A stretch of DNA of 64,000 bases from Actinomycetaceae bacterium (GTDB taxonomy: Bacteria; Actinomycetota; Actinomycetes; Actinomycetales; Actinomycetaceae): assembly GCA_030538185.1 (NCBI GenBank), contig JAUNUK010000003.1, positions 110,125 to 174,124 on the forward strand, read 5' to 3'. Of the stretch, positions 49,040-57,562 are shown piece after piece; the first letter of the stretch is position 1; the number at the start of each line of letters is the position of its first letter. Under the pieces are notes generated by a model that made no database searches, was not told where the DNA came from, and was given only the letters and a program-made list of their open reading frames with translations. The translations under genes were made by a program, and so were the position numbers.

Positions 49040-49951
49040 ATGAGGATTGTCGTAGCTCTGGGTGGGAATGCGCTACTTAGGCGCGGTGAAGCCATGACCG
49101 CTGAAAACCAGCAAGCAAATGTGCGAATCGCCGCTAAACGCATAGCCGAGATTGTCAAAGAACACCAAGTGGTTATCGTCCACGGAAATGGTCCACAAGT
49201 TGGTTTATTGGCTTTACAGGCGGCTGCATACACGGATGTCGCACCCTACCCCTTAGACGTTTTGGTAGCCGAAACCCAAGCGCAGATTGGATACATGATT
49301 GAACAAGAATTGCGCAACGAAGTAGGGTCACACACCGCATTGGCGACCATGATGACCGTCATAGAGGTCGATCCTAAGGATCCGGCTTTCAATGCGCCAA
49401 CGAAGCCCATTGGACCAGTTTACGAAGAAGATCAAGCCAAGGCCTTGGCCGAAGAAAAAGGCTGGAGCATTGCGGCCGATGGCGCCAAGTGGCGTCGGGT
49501 TGTACCCTCACCTGCACCCATTGAGATTCTTGAAATCGAGTCCATCCGTTCATTGGTGGATACGAATACGGTTGTTATCTGCGCTGGAGGGGGTGGAATT
49601 CCTTGCGTCTATGATTCCGACAACGACACCTACACGGGTGTTGAAGCGGTTATTGACAAGGATTTGGCCTCGGCACTTTTGGCTCGAAAGTTGAATGCCG
49701 ACATGTTGATTATTGCTACTGATGTGGATGGGGTGCGCATGGACTGGGGGACCCCCCAGGAACACACCCTTGATCACGCAACGGTGTCTCAGCTGGAGAA
49801 ACTGGATTTCGCCAAGGGGTCAATGGGGCCAAAGGTTGAGGCGGCATGCTCCTTTGCCCGCAACAGTAACAAGACGGCAGTAATAGGCTGTCTGGACGAT
49901 ATCTCAAGGATTGTCCGGTCTGGGGCAGGGACCAGGATCACCTCCCAATAG
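49040..49951 (+). CDS. arcC: carbamate kinase
   Basis: The N-terminus is [17 protein letters not shown]...[12 protein letters not shown] 49040 follows GGAGAGGAG. Confidence 0.9.
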   Translation: MRIVVALGGNALLRRGEAMTAENQQANVRIAAKRIAEIVKEHQVVIVHGNGPQVGLLALQAAAYTDVAPYPLDVLVAETQAQIGYMIEQELRNEVGSHTALATMMTVIEVDPKDPAFNAPTKPIGPVYEEDQAKALAEEKGWSIAADGAKWRRVVPSPAPIEILEIESIRSLVDTNTVVICAGGGGIPCVYDSDNDTYTGVEAVIDKDLASALLARKLNADMLIIATDVDGVRMDWGTPQEHTLDHATVSQLEKLDFAKGSMGPKVEAACSFARNSNKTAVIGCLDDISRIVRSGAGTRITSQ

Positions 49952-49967
49952 AGCTGATTAAAAACCC

Positions 49968-50038
49968 GCCGAGTGTGTGCCGTGTGGCTGAAGTGCAGGA
50001 ATAACCTAACACCCAACCACCTGGCACACACTCGGCGG
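49968..50038 (+). repeat. 72-nt palindromic intergenic element, copy B
   Basis: GCCGAGTGTGTGCC...GGCACACACTCGGCGG has the same orientation as copy A. It lies at the convergent arcC / fba junction. Confidence 0.85.
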
Positions 50039-50060
50039 AGTTGCTTGTGAGGCAGGAAAG

Positions 50061-51080
50061 TTACATCTTCTTGCCGGCGGAACCCAACTGCTGGCAGGAC
50101 TCTACGATGCGGGCAGCCATGGCACCCTCGGCGGCCTTGCCCCAGGCGCGTGGGTCGTACAGCTTCTTATTGCCGACCTCGCCCTCGATCTTTAGCACGC
50201 CCTCATAGTTGGTGAGCATCCAGTCCACAACGGGACGTGTGAAGGCGTACTGCGTGTCGGTGTCGACGTTCATCTTGATGACGCCGTTGCGCACAGCCGT
50301 GGCGATCTCTTCTGCAGAGGAACCAGAACCGCCGTGCATAACCAAATCAAAGGGAGATTCGACTCCGTACTTGGCACCGACCTCTTGCTGAATGGTGCCC
50401 AACAGTTCGGGACGCAGCTTAACGTTGCCTGGCTTGTAAACGCCGTGGACGTTACCGAAGGTCAGGGCTGTGAGGTAGCGGCCCTTTTCGCCCAGGCCCA
50501 GGGCCTCAATCGTCTTGATGCCGTCTTCTGTGGTTGTGTACAGGGAGTCGTTAATTTCACCAACAACGCCGTCTTCTTCGCCGCCGACTGCGCCGATTTC
50601 GACCTCGAGGATGGTCTTGGAACGCACAGCCAGGTCCAACATGACCTTCGCGATTTCCAGGTTCTCAGACAAAGCAATCGCGGACCCGTCCCACATGTGC
50701 GACTGGAACCAGGGCAGGCCACCCTTGGCAACGATTTCTGCTTCTTGCTCCATGAGGGGCTTCGTCCAAGAATCCAGGTTGTCCTTGGAGCAGTGGTCTG
50801 TGTGCAAGGCGATAGTCACGTTATAACCGGCAGCAATTTCGGCGGCGTAGGCAGCCATAGCACGTGAGCCAGCAACACGATCCTTGACCGTTGAACCAGA
50901 CCAGTATTCTGCACCGCCCACCGAAACCTGAATAATGCCGTCTGATTCGGCCTCGGCAAAGCCACGGATGGCCGCCGTCAAGGTCTGAGAGGATGTGACG
51001 TTAATGGCTGGGTACGCGAAAACACCTTTCTTCGCACGATCCAGCATCTCCGCATAAACTTCCGGTGTTGCAATGGCCAC
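50061..51080 (-). CDS. fbaA: class II fructose-bisphosphate aldolase
   Basis: It is 339 aa long with the typical actinobacterial class II FBA motifs (LHTDHC, HGGSGS). Confidence 0.9.
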   Translation of the reverse strand: MAIATPEVYAEMLDRAKKGVFAYPAINVTSSQTLTAAIRGFAEAESDGIIQVSVGGAEYWSGSTVKDRVAGSRAMAAYAAEIAAGYNVTIALHTDHCSKDNLDSWTKPLMEQEAEIVAKGGLPWFQSHMWDGSAIALSENLEIAKVMLDLAVRSKTILEVEIGAVGGEEDGVVGEINDSLYTTTEDGIKTIEALGLGEKGRYLTALTFGNVHGVYKPGNVKLRPELLGTIQQEVGAKYGVESPFDLVMHGGSGSSAEEIATAVRNGVIKMNVDTDTQYAFTRPVVDWMLTNYEGVLKIEGEVGNKKLYDPRAWGKAAEGAMAARIVESCQQLGSAGKKM

Positions 51081-51189
51081 GAGAATGCCTCCTAGTTATA
51101 GATTCCAGATATTGTCTATTGTTTCACTTTGCTTGACTTAACGCACCGGCATAATCCGTGCACCAAGTCACACGTACCTCACCTGCATT

Positions 51190-51978
51190 TTAGGCGAGCA
51201 CGACTTCCACCCCGCTGTTTTCTAGCAGCTCTCGCTGTTCAACTGAGACAGCATCGGTTATTAACATGTCGAGGGCGTCTATGTCGCAAATCTTTGCGAA
51301 GGCACGTCTGCCCAGTTTGGAAGAGTCGGCGATCGCCACAACCCTGCTTGCATTCTCAACAAGCGCACCGTTAACCATTGCTTCTCCAGCATCGTCGTTA
51401 TAGGCACCCCGCCTCGGCTCAAGGCCCACAAGCCCCAAAAACAGGGTGTCTATAGCGATGGCAGGCAATACCAATGCCGTGAGGGGGCCAGTCAATTCGA
51501 AGGTGTTGGGTCGCACTACTCCACCTGTGACCACAACCCGAAGCTGGGGACGAACAACGAGTTCATTGGCGATGTTGATGGCATTAGTGACGACCGTAAC
51601 CGAGGCAGGCCCAAATTGTTTATCTGCCCCGCAGCGCAGAGCAATTTCTCGACCGATCAGGGTTGTCGTCGTTCCGCCATTGAGCCCAATAGTGTCTCCT
51701 GGAAGCACCAATGCAGCCGCAGCCTTTGCTATGCGTTCCTTGGCGTCGTTGTGCAGGATCGTCCGATACCTGATGGGTATTTCTCCCGAGACTGGTGGGG
51801 CACTTGCACCCCCGCGGGTGCGCACAATCAGTTGTTGTGCCGCCAATTCGTCGAGATCTCTGCGTGCTGTCGCAGCAGAAATGTCCAGATTTTCGACAAT
51901 ATCTTCTACTCGCAGAGCTCCCCGCTCAATGACCAAAGCGGCAATCTGAGATAGCCTCTCGTGTCTGCTAATGCCCAT
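51190..51978 (-). CDS. DeoR-family transcriptional regulator
   Basis: It has an N-terminal HTH (RVEDIVENLDISAATARRDLDEL) and a DeoR C-terminal sensor domain. It is divergent from the sugar operon. Confidence 0.85.
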   Translation of the reverse strand: MGISRHERLSQIAALVIERGALRVEDIVENLDISAATARRDLDELAAQQLIVRTRGGASAPPVSGEIPIRYRTILHNDAKERIAKAAAALVLPGDTIGLNGGTTTTLIGREIALRCGADKQFGPASVTVVTNAINIANELVVRPQLRVVVTGGVVRPNTFELTGPLTALVLPAIAIDTLFLGLVGLEPRRGAYNDDAGEAMVNGALVENASRVVAIADSSKLGRRAFAKICDIDALDMLITDAVSVEQRELLENSGVEVVLA

Positions 51979-52085
51979 TGCCTTTAATCCTTTGGTTTGG
52001 TTATCTCGCCGTTCCGTATTACAACTATAACTGAGTAATTGTGAATCAAGACTGTATTTTTCAATCAGAAAGATGCATAATTGAG

Positions 52086-52097
52086 GAAACTTGTTTC
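52086..52097. promoter_or_regulatory. palindrome abutting the Shine-Dalgarno of the SIS gene (candidate DeoR-type operator)
   Basis: GAAAC-TT-GTTTC lies directly upstream of GAAGGAG and ATG 52110. Confidence 0.35.
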
Positions 52098-52109
52098 GAA
52101 GGAGAATCC

Positions 52110-52991
52110 ATGAGCCTCACCCTGAATGAAATCATGAGCCAACCAGAATGTTGGACGCAGGCCGCCGAGCTTGGGGCAAAGACCCCCGGCTTCCCTAAGG
52201 ATGGTGAAGCCATTGCCGTAGTCGGTTGTGGAACCTCCTGGTTTATCGCCGCTTCCTACTGCGCAGCTCGTGAAGCCGCAGGTAAGGGAGTTTCCGATCC
52301 TTTTACTGCCACAGAGTTCCCCCGCAGCCGTAAATACGACCGCGTCATTTGCCTCTCACGTTCAGGTACCACGACCGAGATTATCGACGTCCTACGGGAC
52401 ATCCACGGCAAGACCCCCAATCTCTTGGTCACCGCCGTCGGCAACGGGCCCATGGCACCTTACTTTGACTCTGAGATCGTCTTGGATTTTGCAGACGAAA
52501 CCTCCGTCGTTCAAACGCGCTTTGCCACCTCCGCCCTCGCACTTTTCCGCGCGTCCCTGGGCCAGGACCTGAGCCCGGCCATCGCAGATTGCCGCAAAGC
52601 ACTGGAACTGCCAATGCCCAAGGAATACGTCGACGCCGAGCAGATCACCTTCTTGGGCACTGGCTGGACCATTGGCATTGCCACTGAGGCCGGGCTCAAA
52701 CTGCGCGAAGCCTCCCAGTCTTGGACGGAAACCTACCCCGCCATGGAATACCGCCACGGACCCATTTCAATTGCTGAACCTGGCCGTCTCACCTGGGTGT
52801 TTGGCCCTGTCCCCACCGGTCTTGAGGCCCAGATAGCCAAAACAGGCGCCATGTTTGAATCCTCTGATCTGGATCCTATGGCTCACCTGGCGTTTGCTCA
52901 GCGCCTGGCCGTGGCCCGCGCTGAGGCGCGCGGTCTAAACCCCGACACCCCCAGGCACCTGACCCGCTCGGTCATCCTGGATGAGGACTAG
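52110..52991 (+). CDS. SIS-domain sugar-phosphate isomerase/deaminase (AgaS/GlmS-C/FrlB-like)
   Basis: ATG 52110 follows GAAGGAG. SIS motifs are present (VGCGTSWFIAAS, SRSGTTTE). Confidence 0.75.
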   Translation: MSLTLNEIMSQPECWTQAAELGAKTPGFPKDGEAIAVVGCGTSWFIAASYCAAREAAGKGVSDPFTATEFPRSRKYDRVICLSRSGTTTEIIDVLRDIHGKTPNLLVTAVGNGPMAPYFDSEIVLDFADETSVVQTRFATSALALFRASLGQDLSPAIADCRKALELPMPKEYVDAEQITFLGTGWTIGIATEAGLKLREASQSWTETYPAMEYRHGPISIAEPGRLTWVFGPVPTGLEAQIAKTGAMFESSDLDPMAHLAFAQRLAVARAEARGLNPDTPRHLTRSVILDED

Positions 52992-53027
52992 TCCTGCCCA
53001 GGGCACAATAAGACACGAGCACGCCTC

Positions 53028-54008
53028 ATGAATGCGGGTTACGTCATTGCTGTCGACGTAGGCGGCACCAGTATGAAACTTGGTGTCGCCTCACGCGACG
53101 GCAAACTCTTTCTCACCAGGACTGCACCAACTCCCAAGGGCGCCGCAGCAGTCGTCTCAGTTATTACCCAACAAGTCTCCATGTTGCGCGAAGTCGTCCA
53201 TAATGACCCCAAGAATGTCGATATCGCCATCGATTTATCGCCCAGAGTGGGGGTGGCAGTTCCAGGCGTCGTGGATGAGGCCACCGGGATGGCCGTCCTT
53301 TCTGTCAATGTTGGCTGGAAAGATGTGCCCATGCTTCACATGCTGGAAGAATCTTTGGCCTGCCCAGTTACCCTCGGTCATGACGTGCGCTCTGGGGCAC
53401 TGGCAGAAGCCCGTTGGGGGGCCGGCCTTGGCGACTGCATCTTCATCCCTATCGGTACAGGTGTTTCGGCCGGCATAGTCTTAAACGACAGGCTTTTGTC
53501 GCGGGCAGGTTGGAGCGGAGAAATCGGGCAAATTCTTCAAAAGGATCCCGAGGGCGACGCGCAGTTAGTCCCCATGGAACGCCTGGCCTCTGCGAAGGCC
53601 ATCTCTCGACGCTATCGAGAGCTTCACGAAAAGGGTCGTCAGCTTCCAGGCTGTATTGAAACACCTGTTCCGGGTACTCTCTGGCCTGGCACACGCGAGC
53701 TTTTCGACAGAGCCGAAAACGGAGATGAGCTGGCCCAACTGGTTATTGACCAATCGGTCCACTCTTTGAGTCAGGTCATTGCACAGGTCATAGGGATTTT
53801 AGGACCCTTGAGGGTCGTTATCGGCGGCGGTCTTTCCAACGAAGGGGGCGCCTACATGGCCGCCCTCGAAAATGCTATTGCCTCGCAACTGCACGTGGCA
53901 CCGATGCCGCCCATCGTCAAGGCCAGCCTCGGCTCCTGGGCGCAGTGCCTGGGCATTGGGGCACAGGCCTTTGATGCCGATGATGCGGCAGAAAGGTTGC
54001 AACAGTGA
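53028..54008 (+). CDS. ROK-family sugar kinase
   Basis: It has an N-terminal DVGGTSMKLG ATP motif and a ROK core. No HTH is present, so it is a kinase rather than a repressor. Confidence 0.8.
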   Translation: MNAGYVIAVDVGGTSMKLGVASRDGKLFLTRTAPTPKGAAAVVSVITQQVSMLREVVHNDPKNVDIAIDLSPRVGVAVPGVVDEATGMAVLSVNVGWKDVPMLHMLEESLACPVTLGHDVRSGALAEARWGAGLGDCIFIPIGTGVSAGIVLNDRLLSRAGWSGEIGQILQKDPEGDAQLVPMERLASAKAISRRYRELHEKGRQLPGCIETPVPGTLWPGTRELFDRAENGDELAQLVIDQSVHSLSQVIAQVIGILGPLRVVIGGGLSNEGGAYMAALENAIASQLHVAPMPPIVKASLGSWAQCLGIGAQAFDADDAAERLQQ

Positions 54009-55069
54009 TCTGGACTATCACGCCTAATCCGGCGATGGATATCACCTACCACCTTCCCGCCTTGAACCTGGGTCAGTCGCACAGAGTTGAAGACGTAACC
54101 ATCCGACCTGGGGGCAAGGGCTTAAATGTCGCCTTTGTAGCCGCACAAATGGGTGTTGACGTACAGGTCGTGGGGTTTCTTGGTGGCTCGGTCGGCCAGG
54201 ATATCGCCCAGCTAACAACCGCGCGCGCAAAGTCTCTACCAGGTAGCATTACCCCGCACTGGCTAGATGGTCCCGAACTGACACGAAAATCGATTGCTAT
54301 CGTGGCTGATGGGGATGCCACGGTCTTCAACGAGGCAGGTTCTCCGTTAAAACAAGGGGCCTGGGAAGCCCTGTACCGATTGGTCCAAGAGGAGATAGGG
54401 CCCGACGACATTGTGACCATCAATGGTTCCCTTCCGGCCTTAGCCCCGATCGATGCCCTGGGGAAACTTGTGGAACACTGCCAGCAGGCGGGTGCCTACA
54501 CGATTGTGGACACCTCTGGTCCTGCCTTATTGGCTGCTGCACGCAGTGGCGCACGGCTGTTGAAGCCAAACCATCTGGAACTTGCTCAGGTGACTGGCAC
54601 TGACTCCGTTCTTACCGGTGCCCACACGCTGCTGGCAGAGGGCAAACCCGGCATGTGGCTGGCTGTCTCCATGGGAGAAAAAGGCATGGCCCTTATTCGC
54701 AGCTTGCCCGATGATGCTGATGTACTCGACATCTGGCAAGCGTTCCCAGCAAGTCGTTTAGACGGCAACCCCACGGGGGCAGGTGACGCATCCGTCGCCG
54801 CTTTGGCCGTACACGCCCCCGCCCTCGTCAATCCGGGGGGCAGGTCAGAGCATCAAATAAGGATCCTGCCTGATTTGTTAGAAGAAAACGATCCAAGTCA
54901 GGCCCTTAAAGGCGATTTACCAGGGGAAGCCCTGGCCCTAAAGACAGCCGTAGCCTGGTCTGCCGCGGCCGTCCTTAAACCAGTGGCGGGCAGCATTGAT
55001 GAACACGCTGCCTCGTCCATGTTCAGCTCCATCCCTGTTCACCACTACTACGCGAAGGTACAAAAATGA
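54005..55069 (+). CDS. PfkB-family hexose-phosphate kinase (1-phosphofructokinase/tagatose-6-phosphate kinase type)
   Basis: It has TPNPAMD...GGKGLNVA at the N-terminus and GAGDA near the C-terminus. It overlaps the neighbouring genes by 4 nt. Confidence 0.8.
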   Translation: MIWTITPNPAMDITYHLPALNLGQSHRVEDVTIRPGGKGLNVAFVAAQMGVDVQVVGFLGGSVGQDIAQLTTARAKSLPGSITPHWLDGPELTRKSIAIVADGDATVFNEAGSPLKQGAWEALYRLVQEEIGPDDIVTINGSLPALAPIDALGKLVEHCQQAGAYTIVDTSGPALLAAARSGARLLKPNHLELAQVTGTDSVLTGAHTLLAEGKPGMWLAVSMGEKGMALIRSLPDDADVLDIWQAFPASRLDGNPTGAGDASVAALAVHAPALVNPGGRSEHQIRILPDLLEENDPSQALKGDLPGEALALKTAVAWSAAAVLKPVAGSIDEHAASSMFSSIPVHHYYAKVQK

Positions 55070-55905
55070 CTCAGGCCGATATTCGTACACTGTCCACCCA
55101 GTTTGCCGCCGAAAAGAAAGGTTTGGGGGCTTTCAATGTGGTGCTGCTCGAATTCGGTGAGGCCATCGTCGCAGCCGCCGAAGAAGCAGGGCTTCCGGTT
55201 ATTCTCCAGCTTTCCCAAAACGCGGTGAAATATCACCGAGGGCGACTCGCCCCCATTGGCAAAGGCGTTATTGCCCTGGCCGAAGAGGCTCGCGTACCCG
55301 TTGTGGCGCACCTGGACCACGCCGAGGACATAGACCTGTGCAAAGCGGCCGTGGACCTGGGCTTCACCTCGGTTATGTATGACGGTTCGCACCTGTCTGA
55401 TGAGGAAAACAGGCGCACAACCGCTGAGATCACCGCTTGGTGCCACGCCCGAGGTGTTGCCGTGGAAGCCGAGTTGGGCGAAGTGGGAGGCAAGAACGGG
55501 GTACATGATCCAAGTGCGCGCACCAACCCACAAGACGCCGCTCGCTTTGTGAATGACACCGGGGTGGACCTATTGGCTGTAGCCGTTGGTTCCTCACACA
55601 CCATGACCACCCGCACAGCAGAGTTGGACTGCCAGTTAATCTCCGAGATTCGTGACGCTATCAGTGTGCCTCTGGTTTTGCACGGCTCTTCAGGGGTTTC
55701 AGATGAAGGCATGAGGGCCGCCATTGAAGCCGGGATGACGAAGATCAACGTATCTACTCATTTGAATGTCTTGTACACCGCTCAAGTGCGCGCAGTTTTG
55801 GACGCGGATGAAAAAATCGTGGATCCCAGGAAGTACGGTAAACCTGGGAACGCCGCAGTCGAGGCAGAAGTTGCACGCTTATTACGTTGGTATGCGGGGC
55901 AATAA
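55066..55905 (+). CDS. class II ketose-bisphosphate aldolase (tagatose-/fructose-bisphosphate aldolase, GatY/KbaY-like)
   Basis: It has HLDHA, MYDGSHL and LHGSSG motifs and is 279 aa long. Confidence 0.8.
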   Translation: MTQADIRTLSTQFAAEKKGLGAFNVVLLEFGEAIVAAAEEAGLPVILQLSQNAVKYHRGRLAPIGKGVIALAEEARVPVVAHLDHAEDIDLCKAAVDLGFTSVMYDGSHLSDEENRRTTAEITAWCHARGVAVEAELGEVGGKNGVHDPSARTNPQDAARFVNDTGVDLLAVAVGSSHTMTTRTAELDCQLISEIRDAISVPLVLHGSSGVSDEGMRAAIEAGMTKINVSTHLNVLYTAQVRAVLDADEKIVDPRKYGKPGNAAVEAEVARLLRWYAGQ

Positions 55906-55914
55906 GGAAGGGAC

Positions 55915-56751
55915 CTACCCCTGAGCAATCACCCGGAGGATTATGGCTCCCCCACCTTCTTCGCACTGTTTTAACTCAACAAGATCCCAGACCGCCAGGT
56001 CCATGGGTTCCTGGCAGCGTGCCGGAAGATCCCGATTTGAACTGCGCACCTGTAGGCCCCCGTCCTCGGGCAAGGTGACGACCTCACCCAGGTACACCGG
56101 ACATTCACCCGAGGTTGAAACCCATTGAGGACAGCCTTCAATCGAAGCGCGGTCAAAGTGCACACTTGCCTCATCGATATCGAGTTCAGCAATTGTGTCG
56201 GCCAATATCGACAGGAAGTCGCTCGTGGAAGCAGCGGTACAGCCGATCGAAGCGACAGGATCTTCTTCAATAAGTAAATCCACCAGACTGTTTTCTGGCA
56301 GGCACTCTTTGGGTGCAGCAAAGACCGTCAATACACCCCAGGACTTGCAACGAAGCATAAACTCCGAGGCCATGAATAGGGAGGATGGCATTCCGCATAT
56401 CACCAAGGCATCGCCTGGCCGAAGCAACCTGCGCGCTGAAATAATAAAGTGCTGAGTCAATTCTGGTCGAGACAGATCGACAGGCACCAGCCCAAAGCCT
56501 GCTGTACGAACCTCGGCTTCATCTACGACAGTCAAGCCGGCAGAGTCAACAGGCCAAGGGTGGATTAAGCCACTGGAACGGTAGCCGGCACATTCGACGG
56601 CCCCAGCAAGAAATCCTGCGGAAAGCTCGTCGATGGGCAATACCCAACACACGGAAGACACGGAACGTTGCGTCAAAAATTGGCGGGAAACATCGGAGAA
56701 GGACATATGGCGAGCGTCGCTCAAGGTGGTGTCACTCGAGCTAATAACCAT
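55915..56751 (-). CDS. hypothetical Cys-rich protein
   Basis: This is the only long ORF in this interval. It is 278 aa with about 10 Cys and I recognise no family. It is convergent with the aldolase gene with a 9-nt gap. Confidence 0.45.
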   Translation of the reverse strand: MVISSSDTTLSDARHMSFSDVSRQFLTQRSVSSVCWVLPIDELSAGFLAGAVECAGYRSSGLIHPWPVDSAGLTVVDEAEVRTAGFGLVPVDLSRPELTQHFIISARRLLRPGDALVICGMPSSLFMASEFMLRCKSWGVLTVFAAPKECLPENSLVDLLIEEDPVASIGCTAASTSDFLSILADTIAELDIDEASVHFDRASIEGCPQWVSTSGECPVYLGEVVTLPEDGGLQVRSSNRDLPARCQEPMDLAVWDLVELKQCEEGGGAIILRVIAQG

Positions 56752-56954
56752 GGTTGCCTCTCATCCGTGATGCTGTGACCTGTCAACTATCAACTTCCAT
56801 AAAGTTACCAGGGATATTGCTGAAAATATCCTGAGAACATAATAACGCGCATTACTCTACAAACACAAGATTCGGTAATTTATTAAAGGGCATTAGGAAA
56901 AAACCCTAAATGCAAAATAAGTATTACCTTTATTTATATTCAAATATGAACTAA
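56752..56954. other. strongly AT-rich 203-bp intergenic tract
   Basis: It is visibly the most AT-rich stretch of the window. It contains the hairpins CAGGGATATT..AATATCCTG (56809-56833) and GCATTAGG-A6-CCTAAATGC. Confidence 0.6.
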
Positions 56955-57527
56955 TTAAATTAGTCCCAGATCATTTAGGTCTAAGGCGTAGAGGTAGCGA
57001 TAACCTTCCTCGGCAAGTTTTTCACGAACCCCTGTATTGCGGTCCACCACCACGGATACAGCCAAAACCGTAGCCCCAGCCTTCTTGGCCTCCGCTGCCG
57101 CCTGTAGCGGCGAGCCCCCTGTAGTCGAGGTATCCTCCAGGATCACGACCCTCTTGCCCTCAATTGAAGGGCCTTCTACAAGGCGTTTCATACCGTGGTC
57201 CTTAGCGGCCTTGCGCACCACAAAGGCATCCAGATTCAATCCACGCGAGGCGGCAGCATGAAGCATGGCCGTGGCGACAGGGTCTGCGCCCATGGTCAAA
57301 CCTCCAACTGCGTCCACGTCACCGATGCTTATTCCGTTATCTTCTAAGACATCGAGCATGACATGTCCGATAAGGGGCGCTGCCTCGTGGTGCAGGGTGG
57401 CGCGTCTCATATCCACGTAGAAATCCGACTCGATGCCGGAAGCCAAGGTCACCTTGCCCTCGATAACAGCAAGTTCTTTTACCAAAGTGGCCAGCCGGGC
57501 CTTGCGGGGGTCTTGTGTCACGTTCAC
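56955..57527 (-). CDS. pyrE: orotate phosphoribosyltransferase
   Basis: It has the PRPP-binding motif VVILEDTSTTGGS and is 190 aa long. Confidence 0.9.
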   Translation of the reverse strand: MNVTQDPRKARLATLVKELAVIEGKVTLASGIESDFYVDMRRATLHHEAAPLIGHVMLDVLEDNGISIGDVDAVGGLTMGADPVATAMLHAAASRGLNLDAFVVRKAAKDHGMKRLVEGPSIEGKRVVILEDTSTTGGSPLQAAAEAKKAGATVLAVSVVVDRNTGVREKLAEEGYRYLYALDLNDLGLI

Positions 57528-57562
57528 GCATCTAGGCTACCAACAGTGAGACAATTCCCCTT

